Shown here: in pieces, positions 12,701-27,400 of the stretch
Layout of the letters: each line of letters opens with the position of its first letter
How positions within the stretch are numbered: position 1 is the first letter of the stretch
Assembly: GCA_964057225.1 (NCBI GenBank)
Contig: OZ059900.1
Location: 24,800,001 to 24,864,000 of the forward strand
From: Auanema rhodensis
Taxonomy: Eukaryota > Animalia > Nematoda
DNA: 64,000 nucleotides
Reading direction: 5' to 3'
Notes under the pieces: generated by a model
Database searches by the model: none
What the model was told of the DNA's origin: nothing
Seen by the model: only the letters and a program-made list of their open reading frames with translations
Made by a program: the position numbers and the translations under genes

Positions 12701-15700
12701 ATGAACAAAAATCGATTTAATCAATATTAGCCATAAGGGGCGTGCCCTCAGAATATGCTAATTTCCTTAATTTTCTAACCCCTGTTTTTTGTCGTGAAAG
12801 TGGAACTAGACGTTGTAGGAACAATTTTGAGCTAGGTTTCATTGACATTGCATGAGTTTGAACACATGAAATCGTAAGTCAAAACCTTGTTTACAGCGAA
12901 ATTTCCAAAAACTGGTTTTCCAGCATAATAAAATATTTCTCATGGGAAATACTGTGTTTTTGTATTTTTCTAGTGTTCAGCATGTAAAATACTTCATTTA
13001 AGTATGTAACACGCTGAAATTCGTTGCATTTGACGACTCATATGAACAAAAATCGATTTAATCAATATTAGCCATAAGGAGCGTGCCCTCAGAATATGCT
13101 AATTTCCTTAATTTTCTAACCCCTGTTTTTTTGTCGTGAAAGTGGAACTAGACGTTGTACAAACAATTTTGAGCTAGGTTTCATTGACATTGCATGAGTT
13201 TGAACACATGAAATCGTAAGTCAAAACCTTGTTTACAGCGAAATTTCCAAAAACTGGTTTTCCAGCATAATAAAATATTTCTCATGGGAAATACTGTGTT
13301 TTTGTATTTTTCTAGTGTTCAGCATGTAAAATACTTCATTTAAGTATGTAACACGCTGAAATTCGTTGCATTTGACGACTCATATGAACAAAAATCGATT
13401 TAATCAATATTAGCCATAAGGGGCGTGCCCTCAGAATATGCTAATTTCCTTAATTTTCTAACCCCTGTTTTTTTGTCGTGAAAGTGGAACTAGACGTTGT
13501 ACAAACAATTTTGAGCTAGGTTTCATTGACATTGCATGAGTTTGAACACATGAAATCGTAAGTCAAAACCTTGTTTACAGCGAAATTTCCAAAAACTGGT
13601 TTTCCAGCATAATAAAATATTTCTCATGGGAAATACTGTGTTTTTGTATTTTTCTAGTGTTCAGCATGTAAAATACTTCATTTTAGTATGTAACACGCTG
13701 AAATTCGTTGCATTTGACGACTCATATGAACAAAAATCGATTTAATCAATATTAGCCATAAGGGGCGTGCCCTCAGAATATGCTAATTTCCTAAATTTTC
13801 TAACCCCTGTTTTTTTGTCGTGAAAGTGGAACTAGACGTTGTACGAACAATTTTGAGCTAGGTTTCATTGACATTGCAAGGGTTTGAACACATGAAATCG
13901 TAAGTCAAAACCTTGTTTACAGCGAAATTTCCAAAAACTGGTTTTCCAGCATAATAAAATATTTCTCATGGGAAAAACTGTGTTTTTGTATTTTTCTAGT
14001 GTTCAGCATGTAAAATGCTTCATTTTAGTATGTAACACGCTGAAATTCGTTGCATTTGACGACTCATATGAACAAAAATCGATTTAATCAATATTAGCCA
14101 TAAGGGGCGTGCCCTCAGAATATGCTAATTTCCTTAATATTCTAACCCCTGTTTTTTTGTCGTGAAAGTGGAACTAGACGTTGTACAAACAATTTTGAGC
14201 TAGGTTTCATTGACATTGCATGAGTTTGAACATATGAAATCGTAAGTCAAAACCTTGTTTACAGCGAAATTTCCAAAAACTGGTTTTCCAGCATAATAAA
14301 ATATTTCTCATGGGAAATACTGTGTTTTTGTATTTTTCTAGTGTTCAGCATGTAAAATACTTCATTTAAGTATGTAACACGCTGAAATTCGTTGCATTTG
14401 ACGACTCATATGAACAAAAATCGATTTAATCAATATTAGCCATAAGGGGCGTGCCCTCAGAATATGCTAATTTCCTTAATTTTCTAACCCCTGTTTTTTG
14501 TCGTGAAAGTGGAACTAGACGTTGTACGAACAATTTTGAGCTAGGTTTCATTGACATTGCATGAGTTTGAACACATGAAATCGTAAGTCAAAACCTTGTT
14601 TACAGCGAAATTTCCAAAAACTGGTTTTCCAGCATAATAAAATATTTCTCATGAGAAATACTGTGTTTTTGTATTTTTCTAGTGTTCAGCATGTAAAATA
14701 CTTCATTTTAGTATGTAACACGCTGAAATTCGTTGCATTTGACGACTCATATGAACAAAAATCGATTTAATCAATATTAGCCATAAGGGGCGTGCCCTCA
14801 GAATATGCTAATTTCCTAAATTTTCTAACCCCTGTTTTTTTGTCGTGAAAGTGGAACTAGACGTTGTACGAACAATTTTGAGCTAGGTTTCATTGACATT
14901 GCAAGAGTTTGAACACATGAAATCGTAAGTCAAAACCTTGTTTACAGCGAAATTTCCAAAAACTGGTTTTCCAGCATAATAAAATATTTCTCATGGGAAA
15001 AACTGTGTTTTTGTATTTTTTTAGTGTTCAGCATGTAAAATGCTTCATTTTAGTATGTAACACGCTGAAATTCGTTGCATTTGACGACTCATATGAACAA
15101 AAATCGATTTAATCAATATTAGCCATAAGGGGCGTGCCCTCAGAATATGCTAATTTCCTTAATATTCTAACCCCTGTTTTTTTGTCGTGAAAGTGGAACT
15201 AGACGTTGTAGGAACAATTTTGAGCTAGGTTTCATTGACATTGCATGAGTTTGAACACATGAAATCGTAAGTCAAAACCTTGTTTACAGCGAAATTTCCA
15301 AAAACTGGTTTTCCAGCATAATAAAATATTTCTCATGGGAAATACTGTGTTTTTGTATTTTTCTAGTGTTCAGCATGTAAAATACTTCATTTAAGTATGT
15401 AACACGCTGAAATTCGTTGCATTTGACGACTCATATGAACAAAAATCGATTTAATCAATATTAGCCATAAGGAGCGTGCCCTCAGAATATGCTAATTTCC
15501 TTAATTTTCTAACCCCTGTTTTTTTGTCGTGAAAGTGGAACTAGACGTTGTACAAACAATTTTGAGCTAGGTTTCATTGACATTGCATGAGTTTGAACAC
15601 ATGAAATCGTAAGTCAAAACCTTGTTTACAGCGAAATTTCCAAAAACTGGTTTTCCAGCATAATAAAATATTTCTCATGAGAAATACTGTGTTTTTGTAT

Positions 15701-18419
15701 TTTTCTAGTGTTCAGCATGTAAAATACTTCATTTTAGTATGTAACACGCTGAAATTCGTTGCATTTGACGACTCATATGAACAAAAATCGATTTAATCAA
15801 TATTAGCCATAAGGGGCGTGCCCTCAGAATATGCTAATTTCCTAAATTTTCTAACCCCTGTTTTTTTGTCGTGAAAGTGGAACTAGACGTTGTACGAACA
15901 ATTTTGAGCTAGGTTTCATTGACATTGCAAGAGTTTGAACACATGAAATCGTAAGTCAAAACCTTGTTTACAGCGAAATTTCCAAAAACTGGTTTTCCAG
16001 CATAATAAAATATTTCTCATGGGAAAAACTGTGTTTTTGTATTTTTTTAGTGTTCAGCATGTAAAATGCTTCATTTTAGTATGTAACACGCTGAAATTCG
16101 TTGCATTTGACGACTCATATGAACAAAAATCGATTTAATCAATATTAGCCATAAGGGGCGTGCCCTCAGAATATGCTAATTTCCTAAATTTTCTAACCCC
16201 TGTTTTTTTGTCGTGAAAGTGGAACTAGACGTTGTACGAACAATTTTGAGCTAGGTTTCATTGACATTGCAAGAGTTTGAACACATGAAATCGTAAGTCA
16301 AAACCTTGTTTACAGCGAAATTTCCAAAAACTGGTTTTCCAGCATAATAAAATATTTCTCATGGGAAAAACTGTGTTTTTGTATTTTTTTAGTGTTCAGC
16401 ATGTAAAATGCTTCATTTTAGTATGTAACACGCTGAAATTCGTTGCATTTGACGACTCATATGAACAAAAATCGATTTAATCAATATTAGCCATAAGGGG
16501 CGTGCCCTCAGAATATGCTAATTTCCTTAATATTCTAACCCCTGTTTTTTTGTCGTGAAAGTGGAACTAGACGTTGTACAAACAATTTTGAGCTAGGTTT
16601 CATTGACATTGCATGAGTTTGAACACATGAAATCGTAAGTCAAAACCTTGTTTACAGCGAAATTTCCAAAAACTGGTTTTCCAGCATAATAAAATATTTC
16701 TCTTGGGAAATACTGTGTTTTTGTATTTTTCTAGTGTTCAGCATGTAAAATACTTCATTTAAGTATGTAACACGCTGAAATTCGTTGCATTTGACGACTC
16801 ATATGAACAAAAATCGATTTAATCAATATTAGCCATAAGGAGCGTGCCCTCAGAATATGCTAATTTCCTTAATTTTCTAACCCCTGTTTTTTTGTCGTGA
16901 AAGTGGAACTAGACGTTGTACAAACAATTTTGAGCTAGGTTTCATTGACATTGCATGAGTTTGAACACATGAAATCGTAAGTCAAAACCTTGTTTACAGC
17001 GAAATTTCCAAAAACTGGTTTTCCAGCATAATAAAATATTTCTCATGAGAAATACTGTGTTTTTGTATTTTTCTAGTGTTCAGCATGTAAAATACTTCAT
17101 TTTAGTATGTAACACGCTGAAATTCGTTGCATTTGACGACTCATATGAACAAAAATCGATTTAATCAATATTAGCCATAAGGGGCGTGCCCTCAGAATAT
17201 GCTAATTTCCTAAATTTTCTAACCCCTGTTTTTTTGTCGTGAAAGTGGAACTAGACGTTGTACGAACAATTTTGAGCTAGGTTTCATTGACATTGCAAGA
17301 GTTTGAACACATGAAATCGTAAGTCAAAACCTTGTTTACAGCGAAATTTCCAAAAACTGGTTTTCCAGCATAATAAAATATTTCTCATGGGAAAAACTGT
17401 GTTTTTGTATTTTTTTAGTGTTCAGCATGTAAAATGCTTCATTTTAGTATGTAACACGCTGAAATTCGTTGCATTTGACGACTCATATGAACAAAAATCG
17501 ATTTAATCAATATTAGCCATAAGGGGCGTGCCCTCAGAATATGCTAATTTCCTTAATATTCTAACCCCTGTTTTTTTGTCGTGAAAGTGGAACTAGACGT
17601 TGTACAAACAATTTTGAGCTAGGTTTTATTGACATTGCATAAGTTTGAACATATGAAATCGTAAGTCAAAACCTTGTTTACAGCGAAATTTCCAAAAACT
17701 GGTTTTCCAGCATAATAAAATATTTCTCATGGGAAATACTGTGTTTTTGTATTTTTTTAGTGTTCAGCATGTAAAATGCTTCATTTTAGTATGTAACACG
17801 CTGAAATTCGTTGCATTTGACGACTCATATGAACAAAAATCGATTTAATCAATATTAGCCATAAGGGGCGTGCCCTCAGAATATGCTAATTTCCTAAATT
17901 TTCTAACCCCTGTTTTTTTGTCGTGAAAGTGGAACTAGACGTTGTACGAACAATTTTGAGCTAGGTTTCATTGACATTGCAAGAGTTTGAACACATGAAA
18001 TCGTAAGTCAAAACCTTGTTTACAGCGAAATTTCCAAAAACTGGTTTTCCAGCATAATAAAATATTTCTCATGGGAAAAACTGTGTTTTTGTATTTTTTT
18101 AGTGTTCAGCATGTAAAATGCTTCATTTTAGTATGTAACACGCTGAAATTCGTTGCATTTGACGACTCATATGAACAAAAATCGATTTAATCAATATTAG
18201 CCATAAGGGGCGTGCCCTCAGAATATGCTAATTTCCTTAATATTCTAACCCCTGTTTTTTTGTCGTGAAAGTGGAACTAGACGTTGTACAAACAATTTTG
18301 AGCTAGGTTTCATTGACATTGCATGAGTTTGAACACATGAAATCGTAAGTCAAAACCTTGTTTACAGCGAAATTTCCAAAAACTGGTTTTCCAGCATAAT
18401 AAAATATTTCTCTTGGGAA

Positions 18420-21400
18420 ATACTGTGTTTTTGTATTTTTCTAGTGTTCAGCATGTAAAATACTTCATTTAAGTATGTAACACGCTGAAATTCGTTGCAT
18501 TTGACGACTCATATGAACAAAAATCGATTTAATCAATATTAGCCATAAGGAGCGTGCCCTCAGAATATGCTAATTTCCTTAATTTTCTAACCCCTGTTTT
18601 TTTGTCGTGAAAGTGGAACTAGACGTTGTACAAACAATTTTGAGCTAGGTTTCATTGACATTGCATGAGTTTGAACACATGAAATCGTAAGTCAAAACCT
18701 TGTTTACAGCGAAATTTCCAAAAACTGGTTTTCCAGCATAATAAAATATTTCTCATGAGAAATACTGTGTTTTTGTATTTTTCTAGTGTTCAGCATGTAA
18801 AATACTTCATTTTAGTATGTAACACGCTGAAATTCGTTGCATTTGACGACTCATATGAACAAAAATCGATTTAATCAATATTAGCCATAAGGGGCGTGCC
18901 CTCAGAATATGCTAATTTCCTAAATTTTCTAACCCCTGTTTTTTTGTCGTGAAAGTGGAACTAGACGTTGTACGAACAATTTTGAGCTAGGTTTCATTGA
19001 CATTGCAAGAGTTTGAACACATGAAATCGTAAGTCAAAACCTTGTTTACAGCGAAATTTCCAAAAACTGGTTTTCCAGCATAATAAAATATTTCTCATGG
19101 GAAAAACTGTGTTTTTGTATTTTTTTAGTGTTCAGCATGTAAAATGCTTCATTTTAGTATGTAACACGCTGAAATTCGTTGCATTTGACGACTCATATGA
19201 ACAAAAATCGATTTAATCAATATTAGCCATAAGGGGCGTGCCCTCAGAATATGCTAATTTCCTTAATATTCTAACCCCTGTTTTTTTGTCGTGAAAGTGG
19301 AACTAGACGTTGTACAAACAATTTTGAGCTAGGTTTCATTGACATTGCATGAGTTTGAACATATGAAATCGTAAGTCAAAACCTTGTTTACAGCGAAATT
19401 TCCAAAAACTGGTTTTCCAGCATAATAAAATATTTCTCATGGGAAATACTGTGTTTTTGTATTTTTTTAGTGTTCAGCATGTAAAATGCTTCATTTTAGT
19501 ATGTAACACGCTGAAATTCGTTGCATTTGACGACTCATATGAACAAAAATCGATTTAATCAATATTAGCCATAAGGGGCGTGCCCTCAGAATATGCTAAT
19601 TTCCTTAATTTTCTAACCCCTGTTTTTTGTCGTGAAAGTGGAACTAGACGTTGTAGGAACAATTTTGAGCTAGGTTTCATTGACATTGCATGAGTTTGAA
19701 CACATGAAATCGTAAGTCAAAACCTTGTTTACAGCGAAATTTCCAAAAACTGGTTTTCCAGCATAATAAAATATTTCTCTTGGGAAATACTGTGTTTTTG
19801 TACTTTTCTAGTGTTCAGCATGTAAAATACTTCATTTTAGTATGTAACACGCTGAAATTCGTTGCATTTGACGACTCATATGAACAAAAATCGATTTAAT
19901 CAATATTAGCCATAAGGGGCGTGCCCTCAGAATATGCTAATTTCCTAAATTTTCTAACCCCTGTTTTTTTGTCGTGAAAGTGGAACTAGACGTTGTACGA
20001 ACAATTTTGAGCTAGGTTTCATTGACATTGCAAGAGTTTGAACACATGAAATCGTAAGTCAAAACCTTGTTTACAGCGAAATTTCCAAAAACTGGTTTTC
20101 CAGCATAATAAAATATTTCTCATGGGAAAAACTGTGTTTTTGTATTTTTTTAGTGTTCAGCATGTAAAATGCTTCATTTTAGTATGTAACACGCTGAAAT
20201 TCGTTGCATTTGACGACTCATATGAACAAAAATCGATTTAATCAATATTAGCCATAAGGGGCGTGCCCTCAGAATATGCTAATTTCCTTAATATTCTAAC
20301 CCCTGTTTTTTTGTCGTGAAAGTGGAACTAGACGTTGTACAAACAATTTTGAGCTAGGTTTCATTGACATTGCATGAGTTTGAACATATGAAATCGTAAG
20401 TCAAAACCTTGTTTACAGCGAAATTTCCAAAAACTGGTTTTCCAGCATAATAAAATATTTCTCATGGGAAATACTGTGTTTTTGTATTTTTTTAGTGTTC
20501 AGCATGTAAAATGCTTCATTTTAGTATGTAACACGCTGAAATTCGTTGCATTTGACGACTCATATGAACAAAAATCGATTTAATCAATATTAGCCATAAG
20601 GGGCGTGCCCTCAGAATATGCTAATTTCCTTAATTTTCTAACCCCTGTTTTTTGTCGTGAAAGTGGAACTAGACGTTGTAGGAACAATTTTGAGCTAGGT
20701 TTCATTGACATTGCATGAGTTTGAACACATGAAATCGTAAGTCAAAACCTTGTTTACAGCGAAATTTCCAAAAACTGGTTTTCCAGCATAATAAAATATT
20801 TCTCTTGGGAAATACTGTGTTTTTGTATTTTTCTAGTGTTCAGCATGTAAAATACTTCATTTAAGTATGTAACACGCTGAAATTCGTTGCATTTGACGAC
20901 TCATATGAACAAAAATCGATTTAATCAATATTAGCCATAAGGGGCGTGCCCTCAGAATATGCTAATTCCCTTAATTTTCTAACCCCTGTTTTTTTGTCGT
21001 GGAAGTGGAACTAGACGTTGTACGAACAATTTTGAGCTAGGTTTCATTGACATTGCATGAGTTTGAACACATGAAATCGTAAGTCAAAACCTTGTTTAGA
21101 GCGAAATTTCCAAAAACTGGTTTTCCAGCATAATAAAATATTTCTCATGGGAAATACTGTGTTTTTGTATTTTTCTAGTGTTCAGCATGTAAAATGATCC
21201 ATTTTAGTATGTAACACGCTGAAATTCGTTGCATTTGACGACTCATATGAACAAAAATCGATTAAATCAATATTAGCCATAAGGGGCGTGCCCTCAGAAT
21301 ATGCTAATTTCCTTAATTTTCTAACCCCTGTTTTTTTGTCGTGAAAGTGGAACTAGACGTTGTAGGAACAATTTTGAGCTAGGTTTCATTGACATTGCAT

Positions 21401-24400
21401 GAGTTTGAACACATGAAATCGTAAGTCAAAACCTTGTTTACAGCGAAATTTCCAAAAACTGGTTTTCCAGCATAATAAAATATTTCTCATGGGAAATACT
21501 GTGTTTTTGTATTTTTCTAGTGTTCAGCATGTAAAATACTTCATTTAAGTATGTAACACGCTGAAATTCGTTGCATTTGACGACTCATATGAACAAAAAT
21601 CGATTTAATCAATATTAGCCATAAGGAGCGTGCCCTCAGAATATGCTAATTTCCTTAATTTTCTAACCCCTGTTTTTTTGTCGTGAAAGTGGAACTAGAC
21701 GTTGTACAAACAATTTTGAGCTAGGTTTCATTGACATTGCATGAGTTTGAACACATGAAATCGTAAGTCAAAACCTTGTTTACAGCGAAATTTCCAAAAA
21801 CTGGTTTTCCAGCATAATAAAATATTTCTCATGAGAAATACTGTGTTTTTGTATTTTTCTAGTGTTCAGCATGTAAAATACTTCATTTTAGTATGTAACA
21901 CGCTGAAATTCGTTGCATTTGACGACTCATATGAACAAAAATCGATTTAATCAATATTAGCCATAAGGGGCGTGCCCTCAGAATATGCTAATTTCCTAAA
22001 TTTTCTAACCCCTGTTTTTTTGTCGTGAAAGTGGAACTAGACGTTGTACGAACAATTTTGAGCTAGGTTTCATTGACATTGCAAGAGTTTGAACACATGA
22101 AATCGTAAGTCAAAACCTTGTTTACAGCGAAATTTCCAAAAACTGGTTTTCCAGCATAATAAAATATTTCTCATGGGAAAAACTGTGTTTTTGTATTTTT
22201 TTAGTGTTCAGCATGTAAAATGCTTCATTTTAGTATGTAACACGCTGAAATTCGTTGCATTTGACGACTCATATGAACAAAAATCGATTTAATCAATATT
22301 AGCCATAAGGGGCGTGCCCTCAGAATATGCTAATTTCCTTAATATTCTAACCCCTGTTTTTTTGTCGTGAAAGTGGAACTAGACGTTGTACAAACAATTT
22401 TGAGCTAGGTTTCATTGACATTGCATGAGTTTGAACATATGAAATCGTAAGTCAAAACCTTGTTTACAGCGAAATTTCCAAAAACTGGTTTTCCAGCATA
22501 ATAAAATATTTCTCATGGGAAATACTGTGTTTTTGTATTTTTTTAGTGTTCAGCATGTAAAATGCTTCATTTTAGTATGTAACACGCTGAAATTCGTTGC
22601 ATTTGACGACTCATATGAACAAAAATCGATTTAATCAATATTAGCCATAAGGGGCGTGCCCTCAGAATATGCTAATTTCCTTAATTTTCTAACCCCTGTT
22701 TTTTGTCGTGAAAGTGGAACTAGACGTTGTAGGAACAATTTTGAGCTAGGTTTCATTGACATTGCATGAGTTTGAACACATGAAATCGTAAGTCAAAACC
22801 TTGTTTACAGCGAAATTTCCAAAAACTGGTTTTCCAGCATAATAAAATATTTCTCTTGGGAAATACTGTGTTTTTGTACTTTTCTAGTGTTCAGCATGTA
22901 AAATACTTCATTTTAGTATGTAACACGCTGAAATTCGTTGCATTTGACGACTCATATGAACAAAAATCGATTTAATCAATATTAGCCATAAGGGGCGTGC
23001 CCTCAGAATATGCTAATTTCCTAAATTTTCTAACCCCTGTTTTTTTGTCGTGAAAGTGGAACTAGACGTTGTACGAACAATTTTGAGCTAGGTTTCATTG
23101 ACATTGCAAGAGTTTGAACACATGAAATCGTAAGTCAAAACCTTGTTTACAGCGAAATTTCCAAAAACTGGTTTTCCAGCATAATAAAATATTTCTCATG
23201 GGAAAAACTGTGTTTTTGTATTTTTTTAGTGTTCAGCATGTAAAATGCTTCATTTTAGTATGTAACACGCTGAAATTCGTTGCATTTGACGACTCATATG
23301 AACAAAAATCGATTTAATCAATATTAGCCATAAGGGGCGTGCCCTCAGAATATGCTAATTTCCTTAATATTCTAACCCCTGTTTTTTTGTCGTGAAAGTG
23401 GAACTAGACGTTGTACAAACAATTTTGAGCTAGGTTTCATTGACATTGCATGAGTTTGAACATATGAAATCGTAAGTCAAAACCTTGTTTACAGCGAAAT
23501 TTCCAAAAACTGGTTTTCCAGCATAATAAAATATTTCTCATGGGAAATACTGTGTTTTTGTATTTTTTTAGTGTTCAGCATGTAAAATGCTTCATTTTAG
23601 TATGTAACACGCTGAAATTCGTTGCATTTGACGACTCATATGAACAAAAATCGATTTAATCAATATTAGCCATAAGGGGCGTGCCCTCAGAATATGCTAA
23701 TTTCCTTAATTTTCTAACCCCTGTTTTTTGTCGTGAAAGTGGAACTAGACGTTGTAGGAACAATTTTGAGCTAGGTTTCATTGACATTGCATGAGTTTGA
23801 ACACATGAAATCGTAAGTCAAAACCTTGTTTACAGCGAAATTTCCAAAAACTGGTTTTCCAGCATAATAAAATATTTCTCTTGGGAAATACTGTGTTTTT
23901 GTATTTTTCTAGTGTTCAGCATGTAAAATACTTCATTTAAGTATGTAACACGCTGAAATTCGTTGCATTTGACGACTCATATGAACAAAAATCGATTTAA
24001 TCAATATTAGCCATAAGGGGCGTGCCCTCAGAATATGCTAATTCCCTTAATTTTCTAACCCCTGTTTTTTTGTCGTGGAAGTGGAACTAGACGTTGTACG
24101 AACAATTTTGAGCTAGGTTTCATTGACATTGCATGAGTTTGAACACATGAAATCGTAAGTCAAAACCTTGTTTAGAGCGAAATTTCCAAAAACTGGTTTT
24201 CCAGCATAATAAAATATTTCTCATGGGAAATACTGTGTTTTTGTATTTTTCTAGTGTTCAGCATGTAAAATGATCCATTTTAGTATGTAACACGCTGAAA
24301 TTCGTTGCATTTGACGACTCATATGAACAAAAATCGATTAAATCAATATTAGCCATAAGGGGCGTGCCCTCAGAATATGCTAATTTCCTTAATTTTCTAA

Positions 24401-24440
24401 CCCCTGTTTTTTTGTCGTGAAAGTGGAACTAGACGTTGTA
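18420..24440. repeat. Tandem higher-order duplication, 2 x ~3076 bp (9 monomers)
   Basis: The private variant TACTTTTCTA occurs at 19801 and 22877, and the GGAGCG variant at 18551 and 21627. Both pairs have offset 3076. Confidence 0.8.
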
Positions 24441-27400
24441 CGAACAATTTTGAGCTAGGTTTCATTGACATTGCATGAGTTTGAACACATGAAATCGTAA
24501 GTCAAAACCTTGTTTACAGCGAAATTTCCAAAAACTGGTTTTCCAGCATAATAAAATATTTCTCTTGGGAAATACTGTGTTTTTGTATTTTTCTAGTGTT
24601 CAGCATGTAAAATACTTCATTTAAGTATGTAACACGCTGAAATTCGTTGCATTTGACGACTCATATGAACAAAAATCGATTTAATCAATATTAGCCATAA
24701 GGGGCGTGCCCTCAGAATATGCTAATTCCCTTAATTTTCTAACCCCTGTTTTTTTGTCGTGGAAGTGGAACTAGACGTTGTACGAACAATTTTGAGCTAG
24801 GTTTCATTGACATTGCATGAGTTTGAACACATGAAATCGTAAGTCAAAACCTTGTTTACAGCGAAATTTCCAAAAACTGGTTTTCCAGCATAATAAAATA
24901 TTTCTCATGGGAAATACTGTGTTTTTGTATTTTTCTAGTGTTCAGCATGTAAAATGATCCATTTTAGTATGTAACACGCTGAAATTCGTTGCATTTGACG
25001 ACTCATATGAACAAAAATCGATTTAATCAATATTAGCCATAAGGGGCGTGCCCTCAGAATATGCTAATTTCCTTAATTTTCTAACCCCTGTTTTTTTGTC
25101 GTGAAAGTGGAACTAGACGTTGTACGAACAATTTTGAGCTAGGTTTCATTGACATTGCATGAGTTTGAACACATGAAATCGTAAGTCAAAACCTTGTTTA
25201 CAGCGAAATTTCCAAAAACTGGTTTTCCAGCATAATAAAATATTTCTCATGGGAAAAACTGTGTTTTTGTATTTTTTTAGTGTTCAGCATGTAAAATGCT
25301 TCATTTTAGTATGTAACACGCTGAAATTCGTTGCATTTGACGACTCATATGAACAAAAATCGATTTAATCAATATTAGCCATAAGGGGCGTGCCCTCAGA
25401 ATATGCTAATTTCCTTAATTTTCTAACCCCTGTTTTTTTGTCGTGAAAGTGGAACTAGACGTTGTACGAACAATTTTGAGCTAGGTTTCATTGACATTGC
25501 ATGAGTTTGAACACATGAAATCGTAAGTCAAAACCTTGTTTACAGCGAAATTTCCAAAAACTGGTTTTCCAGCATAATAAAATATTTCTCTTGGGAAATA
25601 CTGTGTTTTTGTATTTTTTTAGTGTTCAGCATGTAAAATGCTTCATTTTAGTATGTAACACGCTGAAATTCGTTGCATTTGACGACTCATATGAACAAAA
25701 ATCGATTTAATTAATATTAGCCATAAGGGGCGTGCCCTCAGAATATGCTAATTTCCTTAATTTTCTAACCCCTGTTTTTTTGTCGTGAAAGTGGAACTAG
25801 ACGTTGTACGAACAATTTTGAGCTAGGTTTCATTGACATTGCATGAGTTTGAACACATGAAATCGTAAGTCAAAACCTTGTTTACAGCGAAATTTCCAAA
25901 AACTGGTTTTCCAGCATAATAAAATATTTCTCATGGGAAATACTGTGTTTTTGTATTTTTCTAGTGTTCAGCATGTAAAATACTTCATTTAAGTATGTAA
26001 CACGCTAAAATTCGTTGCATTTGACGACTCATATGAACAAAAATCGATTTAATCAATATTAGCCATAAGGAGCGTGCCCTCAGAATATGCTAATTTCCTT
26101 AATTTTCTAACCCCTGTTTTTTTGTCGTGAAAGTGGAACTAGACGTTGTACAAACAATTTTGAGCTAGGTTTCATTGACATTGCATGAGTTTGAACACAT
26201 GAAATCGTAAGTCAAAACCTTGTTTACAGCGAAATTTCCAAAAACTGGTTTTCCAGCATAATAAAATATTTCTCATGAGAAATACTGTGTTTTTGTATTT
26301 TTCTAGTGTTCAGCATGTAAAATGATCCATTTTAGTATGTAACACGCTGAAATTCGTTGCATTTGACGACTCATATGAACAAAAATCGATTAAATCAATA
26401 TTAGCCATAAGGGGCGTGCCCTCAGAATATGCTAATTTCCTAAATTTTCTAACCCCTGTTTTTTTGTCGTGAAAGTGGAACTAGACGTTGTACGAACAAT
26501 TTTGAGCTAGGTTTCATTGACATTGCATGAGTTTGAACACATGAAATCGTAAGTCAAAACCTTGTTTACAGCGAAATTTCCAAAAACTGGTTTTCCAGCA
26601 TAATAAAATATTTCTCTTGGGAAATACTGTGTTTTTGTATTTTTCTAGTGTTCAGCATGTAAAATACTTCATTTAAGTATGTAACACGCTGAAATTCGTT
26701 GCATTTGACGACTCATATGAACAAAAATCGATTTAATCAATATTAGCCATAAGGGGCGTGCCCTCAGAATATGCTAATTCCCTTAATTTTCTAACCCCTG
26801 TTTTTTTGTCGTGGAAGTGGAACTAGACGTTGTACGAACAATTTTGAGCTAGGTTTCATTGACATTGCATGAGTTTGAACACATGAAATCGTAAGTCAAA
26901 ACCTTGTTTAGAGCGAAATTTCCAAAAACTGGTTTTCCAGCATAATAAAATATTTCTCATGGGAAATACTGTGTTTTTGTATTTTTCTAGTGTTCAGCAT
27001 GTAAAATGATCCATTTTAGTATGTAACACGCTGAAATTCGTTGCATTTGACGACTCATATGAACAAAAATCGATTAAATCAATATTAGCCATAAGGGGCG
27101 TGCCCTCAGAATATGCTAATTTCCTTAATTTTCTAACCCCTGTTTTTTTGTCGTGAAAGTGGAACTAGACGTTGTACGAACAATTTTGAGCTAGGTTTCA
27201 TTGACATTGCATGAGTTTGAACACATGAAATCGTAAGTCAAAACCTTGTTTACAGCGAAATTTCCAAAAACTGGTTTTCCAGCATAATAAAATATTTCTC
27301 ATGGGAAATACTGTGTTTTTGTATTTCTCTAGTGTTCAGCATGTAAAATGGTTCATTTTAGTGTATGTAACACGCTGAAATTCGTTGCATTTGACGACTC

